A stretch of 64,000 nt of DNA from an uncultured virus (IMG/VR IMGVR_UViG_3300037453_000161) (Duplodnaviria > Heunggongvirae > Uroviricota > Caudoviricetes): IMG/VR virus record IMGVR_UViG_3300037453_000161. The stretch is one strand, 5' to 3'. The position numbers and the translations under genes are program-made. The notes under the pieces were generated by a model. It did not search any database, had not been told where the DNA came from, and saw only the letters and a program-made list of their open reading frames with translations. Numbering within the stretch: the first letter of the stretch is position 1; each line of letters begins with the position of its first letter. This document shows, piece by piece, positions 39,730-50,233 of this stretch.

Positions 39730-40664
39730 ATGTCTAACGAACCAGATTTAGACAAAATGGCGAAGGATTTGAAGAAGAGCATTGACAATAACGCTCAAGA
39801 TTCCCCACGCCTCAACATCGACCCAGACACACAGAAAATGGCTGTTGTCGGTGACCCTAATAATACTAAACCAGCAAATAAACCTTACCATCTTGTGTTC
39901 TGTTACCCAGAATCAGCATTATCTGAAGAAGACAAAGCCCGTATGGTTAAAGTAGACAATGATTATTTCGCTGGCGTTGAGTATGAAGCAGTTAGGGTAA
40001 AGCCATTGCACCGTACAAAAGTTGCAATGCTTCTTACCAAAATCTTGGTGGACTTAAAAGTGGTTACCAAAGATGGCTACACTAGCGATACGGTCAACTC
40101 AATCTCTGGTCAATTATTGCTTGAGCACTTTGACGATATTGCCCAACTAGCCCATCTCATTCTTGATGTTCCAGACGAGCAATTAGCGTACCTCAATGGT
40201 GGCTGTTTATTTGAGTTCTTCACTACTATTCTCGATAACGAGCCAAACATTATGCAGGAGGGCAGTAATTTTTTATCTTACTCGGAACTCCAAGCAAAGA
40301 TGCAAAGCCAGAAGAAGTAGCAAAAAACAAGTACAACGCCAAACTGGACATTTGGCACTCTATGGCTTATTTCGTAGCGAAAGAGTTGCATATGCGTCCA
40401 ATGGACATCCTTACGCAGTGGAACTGCGAGGAATTATTAGTCGCATATGGCTATTATGCCGACCAGAAGTCTGCCCAATATGTTGATATGACCCCGAAGA
40501 AAGAATGGGCGAAGAAACATATCACTTGGTTAGACAGATGGGCAGTCCTGTTCATCACGAAAGACCAAGCCGAAGAGTTGACACGAGACGAAAAGGAAGC
40601 CGATAAGTCTTTGAAAGATGCCGACTCCCTTGCCAACGCCTCGCAGATATTGTTTGGTAAATAA
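39730..40664 (+). CDS. Tail assembly chaperone pair (G 39730..40320; GT via -1 frameshift to 40664)
   Basis: Slippery T-TTT-TTA at 40269-40275; the -1 frame stays open and is in frame with the 40362 ORF. Confidence 0.8.
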
Positions 40665-40730
40665 TGTATAATGGTTATGAAGGGCGGACGAACGAGGGTT
40701 TAGGCATTACCCCCCGCCCTTCACTCGCTT

Positions 40731-40804
40731 GGTCGTATGTCGGAGCGGTTACGAGACTGTCTGCAAAACAGTTTACCCCAGTTCGACTCTGGGTGCGACC
40801 TCCA
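40731..40804 (+). tRNA. tRNA-Cys(GCA)
   Basis: GGTCGTA/TGCGACC-T-CCA; ACTGT-CT-GCA-AA-ACAGT; TTCGA T-loop. Confidence 0.92.
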
Positions 40805-40808
40805 TATT

Positions 40809-40883
40809 GGTCTGTTGGTATAATGGTTATTACACGTCCCTGTCACGGACGAAAAACGAGTTCAATTCTCGTACAGACCGCCA
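40809..40883 (+). tRNA. tRNA-Asp(GTC)
   Basis: GGTCTGT/ACAGACC-G-CCA; CGTCC-CT-GTC-AC-GGACG; TTCAA T-loop. Confidence 0.92.
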
Positions 40884-41121
40884 GATATTATGAATAAAAA
40901 AGTCCCCCGTGTGGAGACGGGGGAAGGTCATAACGGTATTTATTTCTATTTGTGTTTTTGTATGATTTTTATTTTACTGCGAGAGGTACAGAGCGTGACT
41001 CGGCTTCACACTCCTACTTTTATTATGTACCAATTTCCTATTTTATTTTTTTGAACCGCTGATGTTTAGACTTGACATTTATGCTTGCCTGTGATACCAT
41101 AAGAGGTATGGAGGAACAGAA

Positions 41122-41382
41122 ATGAGATTATTCAAAAATATGCGTAAGACCTCGCAAGTTACCGCAGAAGAATGGTTCAACGAACTTGACCAGGACACAC
41201 AGCGTGAGACAACAATTAAGTATCTCCGCAAACTAGATAATAAGAACTACAAGAGATTTCTTGCAGCCCTAGAAGAATATCGTAAGGGCGACAAGATTCT
41301 CGAAGGTGTCGATGAACCAGCAGAAAATGAAGATTTGCCAACTCTGAACGACTTGAACAAAGATAAGTCTAGCGATTCCTAG
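41122..41382 (+). CDS. Hypothetical protein
   Basis: Own TTGACA-17-TACCAT promoter, SD GGAGG. Confidence 0.7.
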   Translation: MRLFKNMRKTSQVTAEEWFNELDQDTQRETTIKYLRKLDNKNYKRFLAALEEYRKGDKILEGVDEPAENEDLPTLNDLNKDKSSDS

Positions 41383-41638
41383 CCGTGTACTTTGACCTCA
41401 AGATAATCTTGGCGTTGTAAGTACCACCTGCTGAATCCTTGACTTCCAATGTATGAACAGCCATACTCTGATACAACTGTTTCAGAGTATTGTTCCCCTG
41501 TACACACTTCCACAAGTCCCACCAGTGGTTATGTGTGTTGTCAGGGTAAATACCTGCCGAAATCTTATTCGGTAGTTGGTGTTGTTCGTTTAATGCGGCG
41601 GTGATGTCTTGTCCGTCTAAAAATACTGTTACACTCAT
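41369..41638 (-). CDS. Small tail-tip protein (possible detached C-terminal half)
   Basis: LDGQDIT...GIYP...KYTARNR; divergent from the tail hub gene. Confidence 0.6.
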   Translation of the reverse strand: MSVTVFLDGQDITAALNEQHQLPNKISAGIYPDNTHNHWWDLWKCVQGNNTLKQLYQSMAVHTLEVKDSAGGTYNAKIILRSKYTARNR

Positions 41639-41655
41639 TATATTATAATTATAGT

Positions 41656-43266
41656 ATGAAAAAGAGAACTGGTATTTATTACGACTTTTATAAGAATGGT
41701 GAGTTTAGAGGTACGCATTTTGAAACCTTGTCTCCTGTTTCAATTACAACAGGGGTAGACACTGTTCCTACTCTCTCTATGGTTATTCCACTCAAGAACT
41801 TGCCAGAGAAGAACCTGGCTCTCTATGATGTGATTGTCCATTTTATGAAGGATGGCATCGAGAAATACACCTTCTATGGCGTTGTAGATACGCTTAACAT
41901 TGACTACGCTAATTATAATGTAGCCATCAACCTCTCTCACTATGTCGCTCGTATGCGAGACTGGTTGATGCCGTCTAATTACACCGTTAAGAACTTCCGA
42001 CTTGAGACTGTAATCCGTGAACAAGGAGCGGCTCTCGGTCATTCTGATACACTCGGCGACCCACAGAATTACCTAGACGCAGACAATGGGCGTATGGTTA
42101 ATTTTGAGTTCCTTGATGAGAACTTGAAATCATCATACACTGGCGACGATGCTACTAATGTATCACTCACTTTTGCTGCTACAAATAAACTAGAAGCACT
42201 TTCAGAAGTATTGAAATACACAGAAGATGTCCACTTCAGGGTAAGCCTTACAAAGCAAAACACTATTGAGATTGGTCGTTTCGGGGCTTCATCCCACATC
42301 ATTATCTCACCAGAAGCAGTGCCAGAAGACGGTTGTGAAACTGATGAAATTGACAAACTGAATGAGAATTATCTCACAATGCTTACAGAGCCTACATTCA
42401 ACGTAGATTACACCAACCACTTTAACCGTGCTGTGGTTTTTTGTGGTGATGTTGGCTATGGTATTCTTCACCTTACACTTAAACAGATTTATGAAAATCC
42501 ATCTCTCCAATCTCCTGATTTTCCTGTCGGTAAATATGACAAACAGATTAACCAGCAACCTGAAACCGAATATGACGAAGAAAAAGAAAGCCATCCGAAG
42601 ATTAACAACGAGAAAATCTACAAGGACAATGAGGCTATCTCTTTCGCAGAGAACGACAACCGAGAATACTACGTCACGGACACAGTGCAACTTGAACGTG
42701 ATGGTGGGGTTGTTCGCTGTGCTGTTTACAACTTCTCCGATATGTACCCAATCCCAGACACCACTGGTGAAGACAGCCTAGGCGAAACGATTGAATATGT
42801 TATCACAGACGCAGACCGTCTTGAGATGAGCAAGCAAGCCTACTGGCGTGCTTGTCGTGCCTTGAAAGCACAGCGTCCAGAATATGCCTATTCTTTCAAC
42901 TGTACTGCTATTCCTAACTGGGTAGGGGACGGCGATAAACTTCACTTTGTCTACACCAAAAAAGAGAACGTTCCAGTCGACGGTACTGATGATGACTGTG
43001 GAGACACAGAGCGTAAGATTGTTGACGAAGTTAATGAGGAATTGTATATGGACAAACGTATTATCACATTCGATAGTGTGATGAACGAAATGAACACCAT
43101 CACTCTTGACCTTGAACTACGCTATCGTCAGATTAACGCAGTTGAGGTTGAACTCCACGAGATTGCATCAGAAGAGAGCAGTGACAACAACACTACCCCT
43201 TGGGCTAAAACCGAACACGAGTCCCACGGCAAAATGGGCACTGTCGGTTATGATTCTAGCCTTTAG
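41656..43266 (+). CDS. Tail tip/baseplate hub-like protein
   Basis: 536 aa; FYGVVD, IEIGRFG, NRAVVF pattern; convergent with tape measure. Confidence 0.6.
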   Translation: MKKRTGIYYDFYKNGEFRGTHFETLSPVSITTGVDTVPTLSMVIPLKNLPEKNLALYDVIVHFMKDGIEKYTFYGVVDTLNIDYANYNVAINLSHYVARMRDWLMPSNYTVKNFRLETVIREQGAALGHSDTLGDPQNYLDADNGRMVNFEFLDENLKSSYTGDDATNVSLTFAATNKLEALSEVLKYTEDVHFRVSLTKQNTIEIGRFGASSHIIISPEAVPEDGCETDEIDKLNENYLTMLTEPTFNVDYTNHFNRAVVFCGDVGYGILHLTLKQIYENPSLQSPDFPVGKYDKQINQQPETEYDEEKESHPKINNEKIYKDNEAISFAENDNREYYVTDTVQLERDGGVVRCAVYNFSDMYPIPDTTGEDSLGETIEYVITDADRLEMSKQAYWRACRALKAQRPEYAYSFNCTAIPNWVGDGDKLHFVYTKKENVPVDGTDDDCGDTERKIVDEVNEELYMDKRIITFDSVMNEMNTITLDLELRYRQINAVEVELHEIASEESSDNNTTPWAKTEHESHGKMGTVGYDSSL

Positions 43267-46200
43267 AAACTAGCAGCCATTCTGTTAGCAAGTGACCAGT
43301 ATGAGTTGAGACTTCCGCCACGAGTACGGTTATTGACTGTGACATTGTTGGTGACAGTCTTCTGGTTGTTGTTTACGGTGCTTGCGTATGAGCGTGAGTT
43401 ATTCCAAGAGTTAGTGAACCTTGACCCGATTGAGCGAGCCGCCGCTCCGAGGTCGCCGTGGTTGAGAGCGTTGAGAACACCAAGTCCAGCCTTTGCTACG
43501 GCACTGCGTTTAACAACGTACTCACCTGGTGAAAGCATAGCAGGGACAGTGTCGATTCCTTGTGACAGACCGCCAGATGCACGGTAGATAGGACTAATAA
43601 GCCCGCCCATAGCCTTGTGTTGCTCAAGATATTTTTTGAACTCTTCAATGAACCAAGGGTAAGATTGTGATAATCGAGACAGTAATTCAGTGTTGTTTAG
43701 GTCGTCAGCGAAATGTAAGTCAACAAGCAGTTGTGCTGCCGTCTCTTTGTCGCCAGAGTTTGCTTTGGACACCGCCTGTTCTTTAAGGAAGTTTTTGATG
43801 TCATCTTTTGAAATTGCTTTTCCATCAAGTTGAGTCCCCGTTGCTGCGTCTTGGATGGTTTTGTACCCGCCATTGAATAAATTGCCCATACTCCCCAACG
43901 GGCTACCAAGGTTAAGACCTTTAATAGTGCTGTCCACAACTTCGACTGCTCCTTTAAGACCTTGAAGGGCTTTTGTATTTTCATCAGTTGAGTCGATATT
44001 TTTGCTTAATTCAGTAGTTTCGTCACCGATTGAACCGTCCAACTCTTTCCATTTGTCAATAAGGGCTTGATATTGTTTATCGGTGATAGTTGAATAACCG
44101 CCAGAATCAAGATAATCTTTTACTACCCGTTCTGACGAAACATTATAGTCATAAGAATCGCCGAGTAGCCTGAACCACTTAACCATTTCAGCAATCTTAT
44201 CACGTTCAGCAGTGTTTTTGTCCAAGTCTAATGCAGCCCCACCAGCATTTTTGAACGCATCTGTACCAGTGAATGTTACAAGAGCCTCTGCTGTTTTCTT
44301 GAAACGTAACGCATTTGCAAACTCGTCTGCGAGTGCTTGGTAATTATAATTCCCGTTGGATGCTTTAATTTTTTGCTTTAATTTTTCAGCAGCATAGTAC
44401 CCCTCTTCAGTGCCAGTATCAGTGTTGACCCCCTTATTTGCGAGCATCTTCATAATAGTATTGTAAACTTGAATATCGGCTTTATCTCGTAACTCTTCAG
44501 CGTGTTGTTTGTCGATTTCGTGCAATTCATTAGCAGCGTCAATAGCCGCCTTGCCAAGAGCAAGTAAACAGCCCACCACACCACCAGCAACTCCACCAAT
44601 CATAGCACCAGTGATAGTAAATGAAGCCACTTCCCCGACGTGTTTCACAATATCGCCAACTTCGTCTGATTTGTCTCCGAAGATTTTGAGCGATTTGGTC
44701 AACTCGCCAGCGGCTTGAGTAACAGACCAAATAATACCACCTACTGCTACGGCTTTCATAGCCTTACCAATAAAGGTAGTGAGAGCGGCGGTCGCACCTT
44801 TCATTTTAGTAGCAAACGCTCCAACTTCAGCCCCAACAGTTGCTTTTGAATATGCTGCACCTGCGGCAGAAAATGCTGTACCAGCCAAACCACCATTTTT
44901 AAGACTACCACCAAACATAGTCATCATATTGCCAGCAATTTGTGTGACAGCACTGAACAACGAGCCAAACATCAAGACTACTTTTCCCAGCGGGCTTGCA
45001 ATAAGACCAAGAATATGACCTAATTTTTCCCACCCGTCAGTGCCAAGATGTTCCGCTACCCATTTGATAATATCACCAAGTGTTTTCAACCCCTCACCGA
45101 ACCCCTTGATAATACCTTTGATAAAATCGGTAACTTGACGGAGGACTTTGCGTAGTCCTTCGTTGTTGATAGTCCCATCGCCGTTTAAGATGCCCAAGTA
45201 TTTAGCCAAATCAGAGACTACGCTACCTACTGTTTGACCAATTTCTTTTAAGAACCCCATTGCGTCTTTAAGTAGAGACGTGATTCTAGTTTCATTCCTC
45301 TGTAACCAATCAAAAACATTACCAATAGCGTCACCGAGTTTGTCAAACACCTTGTTAAGAATACCGCTGTCAGAAATCCGTGTGATAAAGTTCTGAATAG
45401 TCTTATAGACGTTATTCTTTTCCATAGCGTCATTCCAAGCGTTCTTCATAACTTCAGCGGCGTGCTCTGTGACACCAGCAAATGTTTCAGCATACTTGTT
45501 GTAAATGTCTGCGGCAGATGACTTTTCGCCAATTTCAGCGAAGAGTTGGAGAAGAGCGGATTCTCCATATTTCTTGACATAGGCTTTCATCTTCTCTGTG
45601 GTGATAGCCCCATTGTCGAGCAATTCTTTACCGTGTTCAGTTTCAGCAAGAAGTTTAGTGATAGTAGGCATAGCACGAAGCATCTGCTTAATATCTTGGT
45701 AGGTGAAAGCACCACTAGCAATCTGCTGAATGTTCTGTAATGCGTTAGCACCCCATTGTGAAGGGCTATTACCAGAATACAAAATTGCTTTCATCACACC
45801 TTCAGCACCAGCAAGAGCCAACGCAGAGTTCCCACCTGCTTGTGGGGCAACATACTGGACACCTTGAACAAGGTCTTGAGCACCAACGCCAGGCATATCT
45901 TCTGCGTGTTTACGAAGTTCTCTAACGAACTCTTTAGGGTCACCACTAAAGAAGTTACCAAAGCCGATTTCAGCCGTTTCGAGAATCTTGTACTGTTCAA
46001 GTGCTGAAGAAGCAATGTTCTCTGCATACGACAACAACTGGTTGCCAACACGTTCAGCATAATTGAGCATTGTATTGACAAACCTTGAAGCCGTACTTTG
46101 TACTTCTCGAAGGCTGTTCGTCACATTGTACCCAAGCCTACCAATATTGGTGAGTGCACCGCCAGCAGAAATAAGACCATTGCCAATGGTGGTAGTAAGA

Positions 46201-46781
46201 TTAGACTTCTGCTGTTGGCTCTCGGCTTGCTGTTTAAGACGTAGGATTTTCTGAAGTAAAGCAATTTCCTGCTGTTTAGTGCGGAGCGTTTGTTGAGCGA
46301 GTTGTTCTTCCTGTCTTGCTGTCCTAATCGACTCTTGGGCAGTCCTTTGCTTCTCTTGTTTTAGCCTTTCGTTAGCACGTTGTACCTCTGACGCACCTTT
46401 CATTGCTTCAGCATTGGCTTTTTGCTCTTCACGAGCAGCCTTTTGAGCATTTTTGATGCGTTGGTTAGAGGTCTTCTCCTCTGCTTGTGCGACTTTTTGT
46501 GCATTAACACGTTGTTGGGTAGCGGTTTTATTTTGGGCTTGAGCAATTTTTTGCTCATTCAACTGACGTTTAACAGCGAGTTTTTCTTCTTCTGCTTGCA
46601 TCTTTTGGATTGACTTCAATGCAGCACGCTGCTGTTTGTCAATGTCATTTGTAGCAGAGACTTTAAGTTTAACTTTCCCAGCAGTCTTCTCTACCTCTTT
46701 TAATTTGGCAAGAAGAGCGTCAATATCTTTTAACGCTTTTGCAGAGTCTAGTTTGAGATTTACTCCATATTCGTATGCCAT
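43263..46781 (-). CDS. Tape measure protein
   Basis: 1172 aa, helical Ala/Gly-rich, hydrophobic centre, C-terminal DTVPAMLSPGEYVV. Confidence 0.92.
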   Translation of the reverse strand: MAYEYGVNLKLDSAKALKDIDALLAKLKEVEKTAGKVKLKVSATNDIDKQQRAALKSIQKMQAEEEKLAVKRQLNEQKIAQAQNKTATQQRVNAQKVAQAEEKTSNQRIKNAQKAAREEQKANAEAMKGASEVQRANERLKQEKQRTAQESIRTARQEEQLAQQTLRTKQQEIALLQKILRLKQQAESQQQKSNLTTTIGNGLISAGGALTNIGRLGYNVTNSLREVQSTASRFVNTMLNYAERVGNQLLSYAENIASSALEQYKILETAEIGFGNFFSGDPKEFVRELRKHAEDMPGVGAQDLVQGVQYVAPQAGGNSALALAGAEGVMKAILYSGNSPSQWGANALQNIQQIASGAFTYQDIKQMLRAMPTITKLLAETEHGKELLDNGAITTEKMKAYVKKYGESALLQLFAEIGEKSSAADIYNKYAETFAGVTEHAAEVMKNAWNDAMEKNNVYKTIQNFITRISDSGILNKVFDKLGDAIGNVFDWLQRNETRITSLLKDAMGFLKEIGQTVGSVVSDLAKYLGILNGDGTINNEGLRKVLRQVTDFIKGIIKGFGEGLKTLGDIIKWVAEHLGTDGWEKLGHILGLIASPLGKVVLMFGSLFSAVTQIAGNMMTMFGGSLKNGGLAGTAFSAAGAAYSKATVGAEVGAFATKMKGATAALTTFIGKAMKAVAVGGIIWSVTQAAGELTKSLKIFGDKSDEVGDIVKHVGEVASFTITGAMIGGVAGGVVGCLLALGKAAIDAANELHEIDKQHAEELRDKADIQVYNTIMKMLANKGVNTDTGTEEGYYAAEKLKQKIKASNGNYNYQALADEFANALRFKKTAEALVTFTGTDAFKNAGGAALDLDKNTAERDKIAEMVKWFRLLGDSYDYNVSSERVVKDYLDSGGYSTITDKQYQALIDKWKELDGSIGDETTELSKNIDSTDENTKALQGLKGAVEVVDSTIKGLNLGSPLGSMGNLFNGGYKTIQDAATGTQLDGKAISKDDIKNFLKEQAVSKANSGDKETAAQLLVDLHFADDLNNTELLSRLSQSYPWFIEEFKKYLEQHKAMGGLISPIYRASGGLSQGIDTVPAMLSPGEYVVKRSAVAKAGLGVLNALNHGDLGAAARSIGSRFTNSWNNSRSYASTVNNNQKTVTNNVTVNNRTRGGSLNSYWSLANRMAASF

Positions 46782-47329
46782 TATCTAAAAATCCTTTTAA
46801 CATTAGCCAACCCACGCTCATCCCAAGTCTTTAGGAAATCACGACGCTCGTCAGAGTTCTCGTTTGCTTCTCTGACATATTCTCCAGATATGTTTTTCCC
46901 AGGGCGTTCGACAAATACGCCTGGATGTTCGTGGCGTTTATAGTACCAAGAATACAGGTAGCGGTGTCTGTTGAGTTTAGTATAATCAACTCCAACTGAA
47001 AAAAGATGGCTATTCCCCTGTTTATTATGGGACACAGAAATTGCTTCAATAAGGTTTCCTGTGTCGTGTGGGGTAATACGATGCCTTCTGCGAGCCATAA
47101 AGGATGATTCAGAATCCATTTCCATAGCAAGATTAGGGTCAATGTACCAAGCACCACTCCTGACAGGGTCTCCAGACATAGCATCGCCTTCGCTGATAGA
47201 AGACAAAAATCTTTCAGAAGCCTGGAACTCGGCTTGGGTCTCTTTCGCCCATTGCAAGCCTTTCCGTTCTGCGACGGAGTTGACGGCTTGTTTCAGCCTT
47301 CTTTTTAGTTCATTGGCTTGATTACTCAT
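46781..47329 (-). CDS. HK97 gp10-like tail completion protein
   Basis: TPHDTGNLIEAI motif. Confidence 0.65.
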   Translation of the reverse strand: MSNQANELKRRLKQAVNSVAERKGLQWAKETQAEFQASERFLSSISEGDAMSGDPVRSGAWYIDPNLAMEMDSESSFMARRRHRITPHDTGNLIEAISVSHNKQGNSHLFSVGVDYTKLNRHRYLYSWYYKRHEHPGVFVERPGKNISGEYVREANENSDERRDFLKTWDERGLANVKRIFR

Positions 47330-48671
47330 ACTTTAATTATAGTAGGAGCAATCATTTATTTTTTTAATAAGTAATGTCGATTGTCTCAATGTAGATGAAA
47401 GCGTCCTGACCATATTTGTTGCCAGTGATTTCAAATACGTTAATGCCAGGTTGGATTTCAAAGACAGGGGTATTAGAGCGTTCAATCTGGTCTGGAAGAA
47501 TCTCGAACACGTCCTTATCTGGGTGTTTGAGGTTGTACGAGAAATAGATGTTAGCCCCATAACCGCTTGTGACCACTGCTTTACCAACGTTGAACGGGCT
47601 ACTAGCAGTACCAATCTTCAACACGTCCACCACTCTGCTGTCATTTGCCATTACGTTGCCAGGCAGAGTCTCATATTCAGCAGTATGTTTAGGGTCTAAT
47701 TGACGCACGACGATTGAGTTATTTGTCCAATCCCCAGACAGCCTTACACGCACCATTTGTGTAGGAAGGTCAGTATGTGAACAGAACATAATCCTCGTCA
47801 CGTTGTTGTTATTCTTGTCATCAGCCCTTAACCTGAACTTCTTTCCCCAAGAAGCATCAAAACAGAACCACGCTTCCTCTGCTTCACAAGAATAGTCAAT
47901 AAAATGGTTATTTGGGCACGGAGCGGAGAACATCTGACGTAGTTCTTCCTTCGTGTAATGGCAGAGAGGGTGATATTTAATGGTGTCTTCGTAGCGTTCT
48001 GGGGTGTCTTTATCGTAGCATCCAATAATAACAGGTGCTTTGAATAGGTTTTGTAGACAAGGGTAGCACTTGCTTGCCCCGTCCTTACCGCACTTACCAA
48101 CCAAATCATCAGCATCAACGCAGTAATAAGGGTCGAAGTCTTTGAACCTGTTTACGCAGAAATCTTCACAGAGGAAGGTACGGGTTGGCTTGGTGATACG
48201 CCAGTAGCCATCGACCAATTCAAATGTGATGTTAAGACGCAACATATCAGTTTCTTCAGGGATGTTCACAACCTCGTTAATAGAGAGGACACGAGCGTTA
48301 GTCCAGATAATCTCGCCACCATTCTGCGTCGCCCACAACTTACCTGCGAGGGCTAGTTGTCGTTTGATGTAGCGAGCATATTGTTCTCGGTCTTCACATT
48401 CAATCTTCTTAAAATCAAAAGCAACCGTCGCAGAGAACTCGGAAACATTGAGTTTCCCGAACTCACCGAAGGTTGGGAAATAGCCACCGTGAGCAGCATT
48501 AGTATAAGATTGTGTTTCGCCTTTGAATGATACGGTATAAGATGGGTCAGTGACCCAGCCAAAAGCAAACACCAACTGGTTGAATTGGAGTAGTCGTTTT
48601 TGAACTCGTAGAGGTGTATTCTGATTACTCATACTTTAATTATAGTAGGAGCAATCATTTATTTTTTTAAT
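47319..48671. repeat. Perfect 50-bp direct repeat (47319-47368 and 48622-48671)
   Basis: TGATTACTCATACTTTAATTATAGTAGGAGCAATCATTTATTTTTTTAAT at both sites. Confidence 0.95.
47364..48632 (-). CDS. Distal tail protein (Dit-like) with Cys-rich insert
   Basis: ITFELVDGYW...FEIQPGINVFEI pattern. Confidence 0.65.
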   Translation of the reverse strand: MSNQNTPLRVQKRLLQFNQLVFAFGWVTDPSYTVSFKGETQSYTNAAHGGYFPTFGEFGKLNVSEFSATVAFDFKKIECEDREQYARYIKRQLALAGKLWATQNGGEIIWTNARVLSINEVVNIPEETDMLRLNITFELVDGYWRITKPTRTFLCEDFCVNRFKDFDPYYCVDADDLVGKCGKDGASKCYPCLQNLFKAPVIIGCYDKDTPERYEDTIKYHPLCHYTKEELRQMFSAPCPNNHFIDYSCEAEEAWFCFDASWGKKFRLRADDKNNNNVTRIMFCSHTDLPTQMVRVRLSGDWTNNSIVVRQLDPKHTAEYETLPGNVMANDSRVVDVLKIGTASSPFNVGKAVVTSGYGANIYFSYNLKHPDKDVFEILPDQIERSNTPVFEIQPGINVFEITGNKYGQDAFIYIETIDITY

Positions 48672-48984
48672 CAAATGACATTCTGTGTGTTTCTTGGTAA
48701 TGAGCAATGGCACAAAGCAACTTTGGTCTATCGACAAGTTGCATAGAGTTCCAACTTTCCTTGATGTAAGTCCCGTAGCCAGCAGGTGAGAGTTGATAAA
48801 AGTCACCTCCGAGGGTGACTCCTACAACAATTTCACGACTTCTGTTGACCAAGTCCCAAACGTGATAGAAGACTTCGTCTGAAGCCTTTTCGTCAATCGC
48901 TACATCGTATGGTACTTTCTCCAACCAAGAGATAGTATTGCTTGTTGGGCAATACACTACTAATTTTTTGTAAACCTTATTCAT
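48667..48984 (-). CDS. Hypothetical protein (moron-like, own sigma70 promoter)
   Basis: TTGACA-17-TATAAT at 49011-49039, SD AAAGGTGG. Confidence 0.65.
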   Translation of the reverse strand: MNKVYKKLVVYCPTSNTISWLEKVPYDVAIDEKASDEVFYHVWDLVNRSREIVVGVTLGGDFYQLSPAGYGTYIKESWNSMQLVDRPKLLCAIAHYQETHRMSFD

Positions 48985-49048
48985 CTATACCGTCCACCTT
49001 TCTAATGTAAATTATACATAAACGGAAATAGAATGTCAAGGTTTAGAA

Positions 49049-50208
49049 TCAACATTGGCAGTCGATACCATCTCCATAGATTTTATTGAGGTCGAGACGG
49101 TAAACGACCTGAAAGACGGAGAGACCAGAGTTACGGTCTTCAGTCTTCAACTGTGTAACTTCCGAGATAGTTGTTTCAGCGTCAACTTGACCTACGACAT
49201 TGTATTTCCAAGCGGTAGTTTGAGAGGGGTCAACAGGGTTTGGTAAGGTCTGTCCACGGAGACGGTCAAAATAAGCCTGGTTGAGACCGTCTGGGTAAGC
49301 AACCCTATCGTAAGCGTTGAACATCAGTTCATCCAACGCAGAAATCATATTGGCACGGAAAGCAGCCACGGCTTCAGATGAGTTCCCTGCATACTTCGTC
49401 TGGTCGTCGTTGGCTTTCGGGAGGTCAGTAGCAAACACAATATCGAACGTGACAACGACTCTTGTGCTACACGAGCCAAGGTCAATAGGTCTGAATCTAA
49501 CGTTCACATATGGAAGGTTGGTGTATTGAGGCGGTTCTTGTAGCGTATAAGAACCTAATCCGATGTGGTTGTCAAGAGATACGAGGAAGTCGTGGTATCT
49601 GTCAATCGGGAACTCTGCACCATCATCTTTGACCTTGAGAATGTTGTCACACAAACAGGTCTGATACTGCATCAAATACATCTTGAGGTTGTTCCAAAGG
49701 AACTTCTCTGCCCAAGTGCTTAATTTAATCATAGTTTAACTCCTTCCTTAAACATTGGGTCATCATCTGGGATGATGTCAGAAGCACCACAATCCAACTT
49801 CATTTCAGTCTCCCTTGGGTGAGTATCGTTGCACATCAGTTCTACGGTACAACAGTTAGGGAATAGTTGAGTAATAGTAGGTTTAACAACACGATAAAGG
49901 TGGCGTTCTCCACCTTGATAGTATGCGACATAATCACCTGGCTTGATGTCATACGGTGGCTGAATCTCTTGCCTTACACTATCAAAGAAGAAGTCCATAT
50001 AAAAGGTGTCTTCGTTGTTCTGATAGTCTTCAGCGTGTTCATATTGGTAGATACGAGCAGTCTGACCGTTCTGAATATCAACACAAGAAAAATCATACAA
50101 CTTGAACCATTGGTTCTGTGGAGTATTCGTCTCGTCTTCAAAACCAGGGATGTTGTTCACAACCCTTTTTCTGACTACGGAGATGTGGTTGATTAGTTTC
50201 TTTGCCAT
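49049..50208 (-). CDS. Two neck genes (49729..50208 head-closure-like; 49049..49732 tail-terminator-like)
   Basis: Size, position, DIKPGDYV and LPYVNV motifs. Confidence 0.5.
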
Positions 50209-50233
50209 ACTTTAATTATAGTATGGTAGATAA

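Noticed and set aside
40664..40897. 77-aa ORF
   Set aside because: Overlaps two well-formed tRNAs
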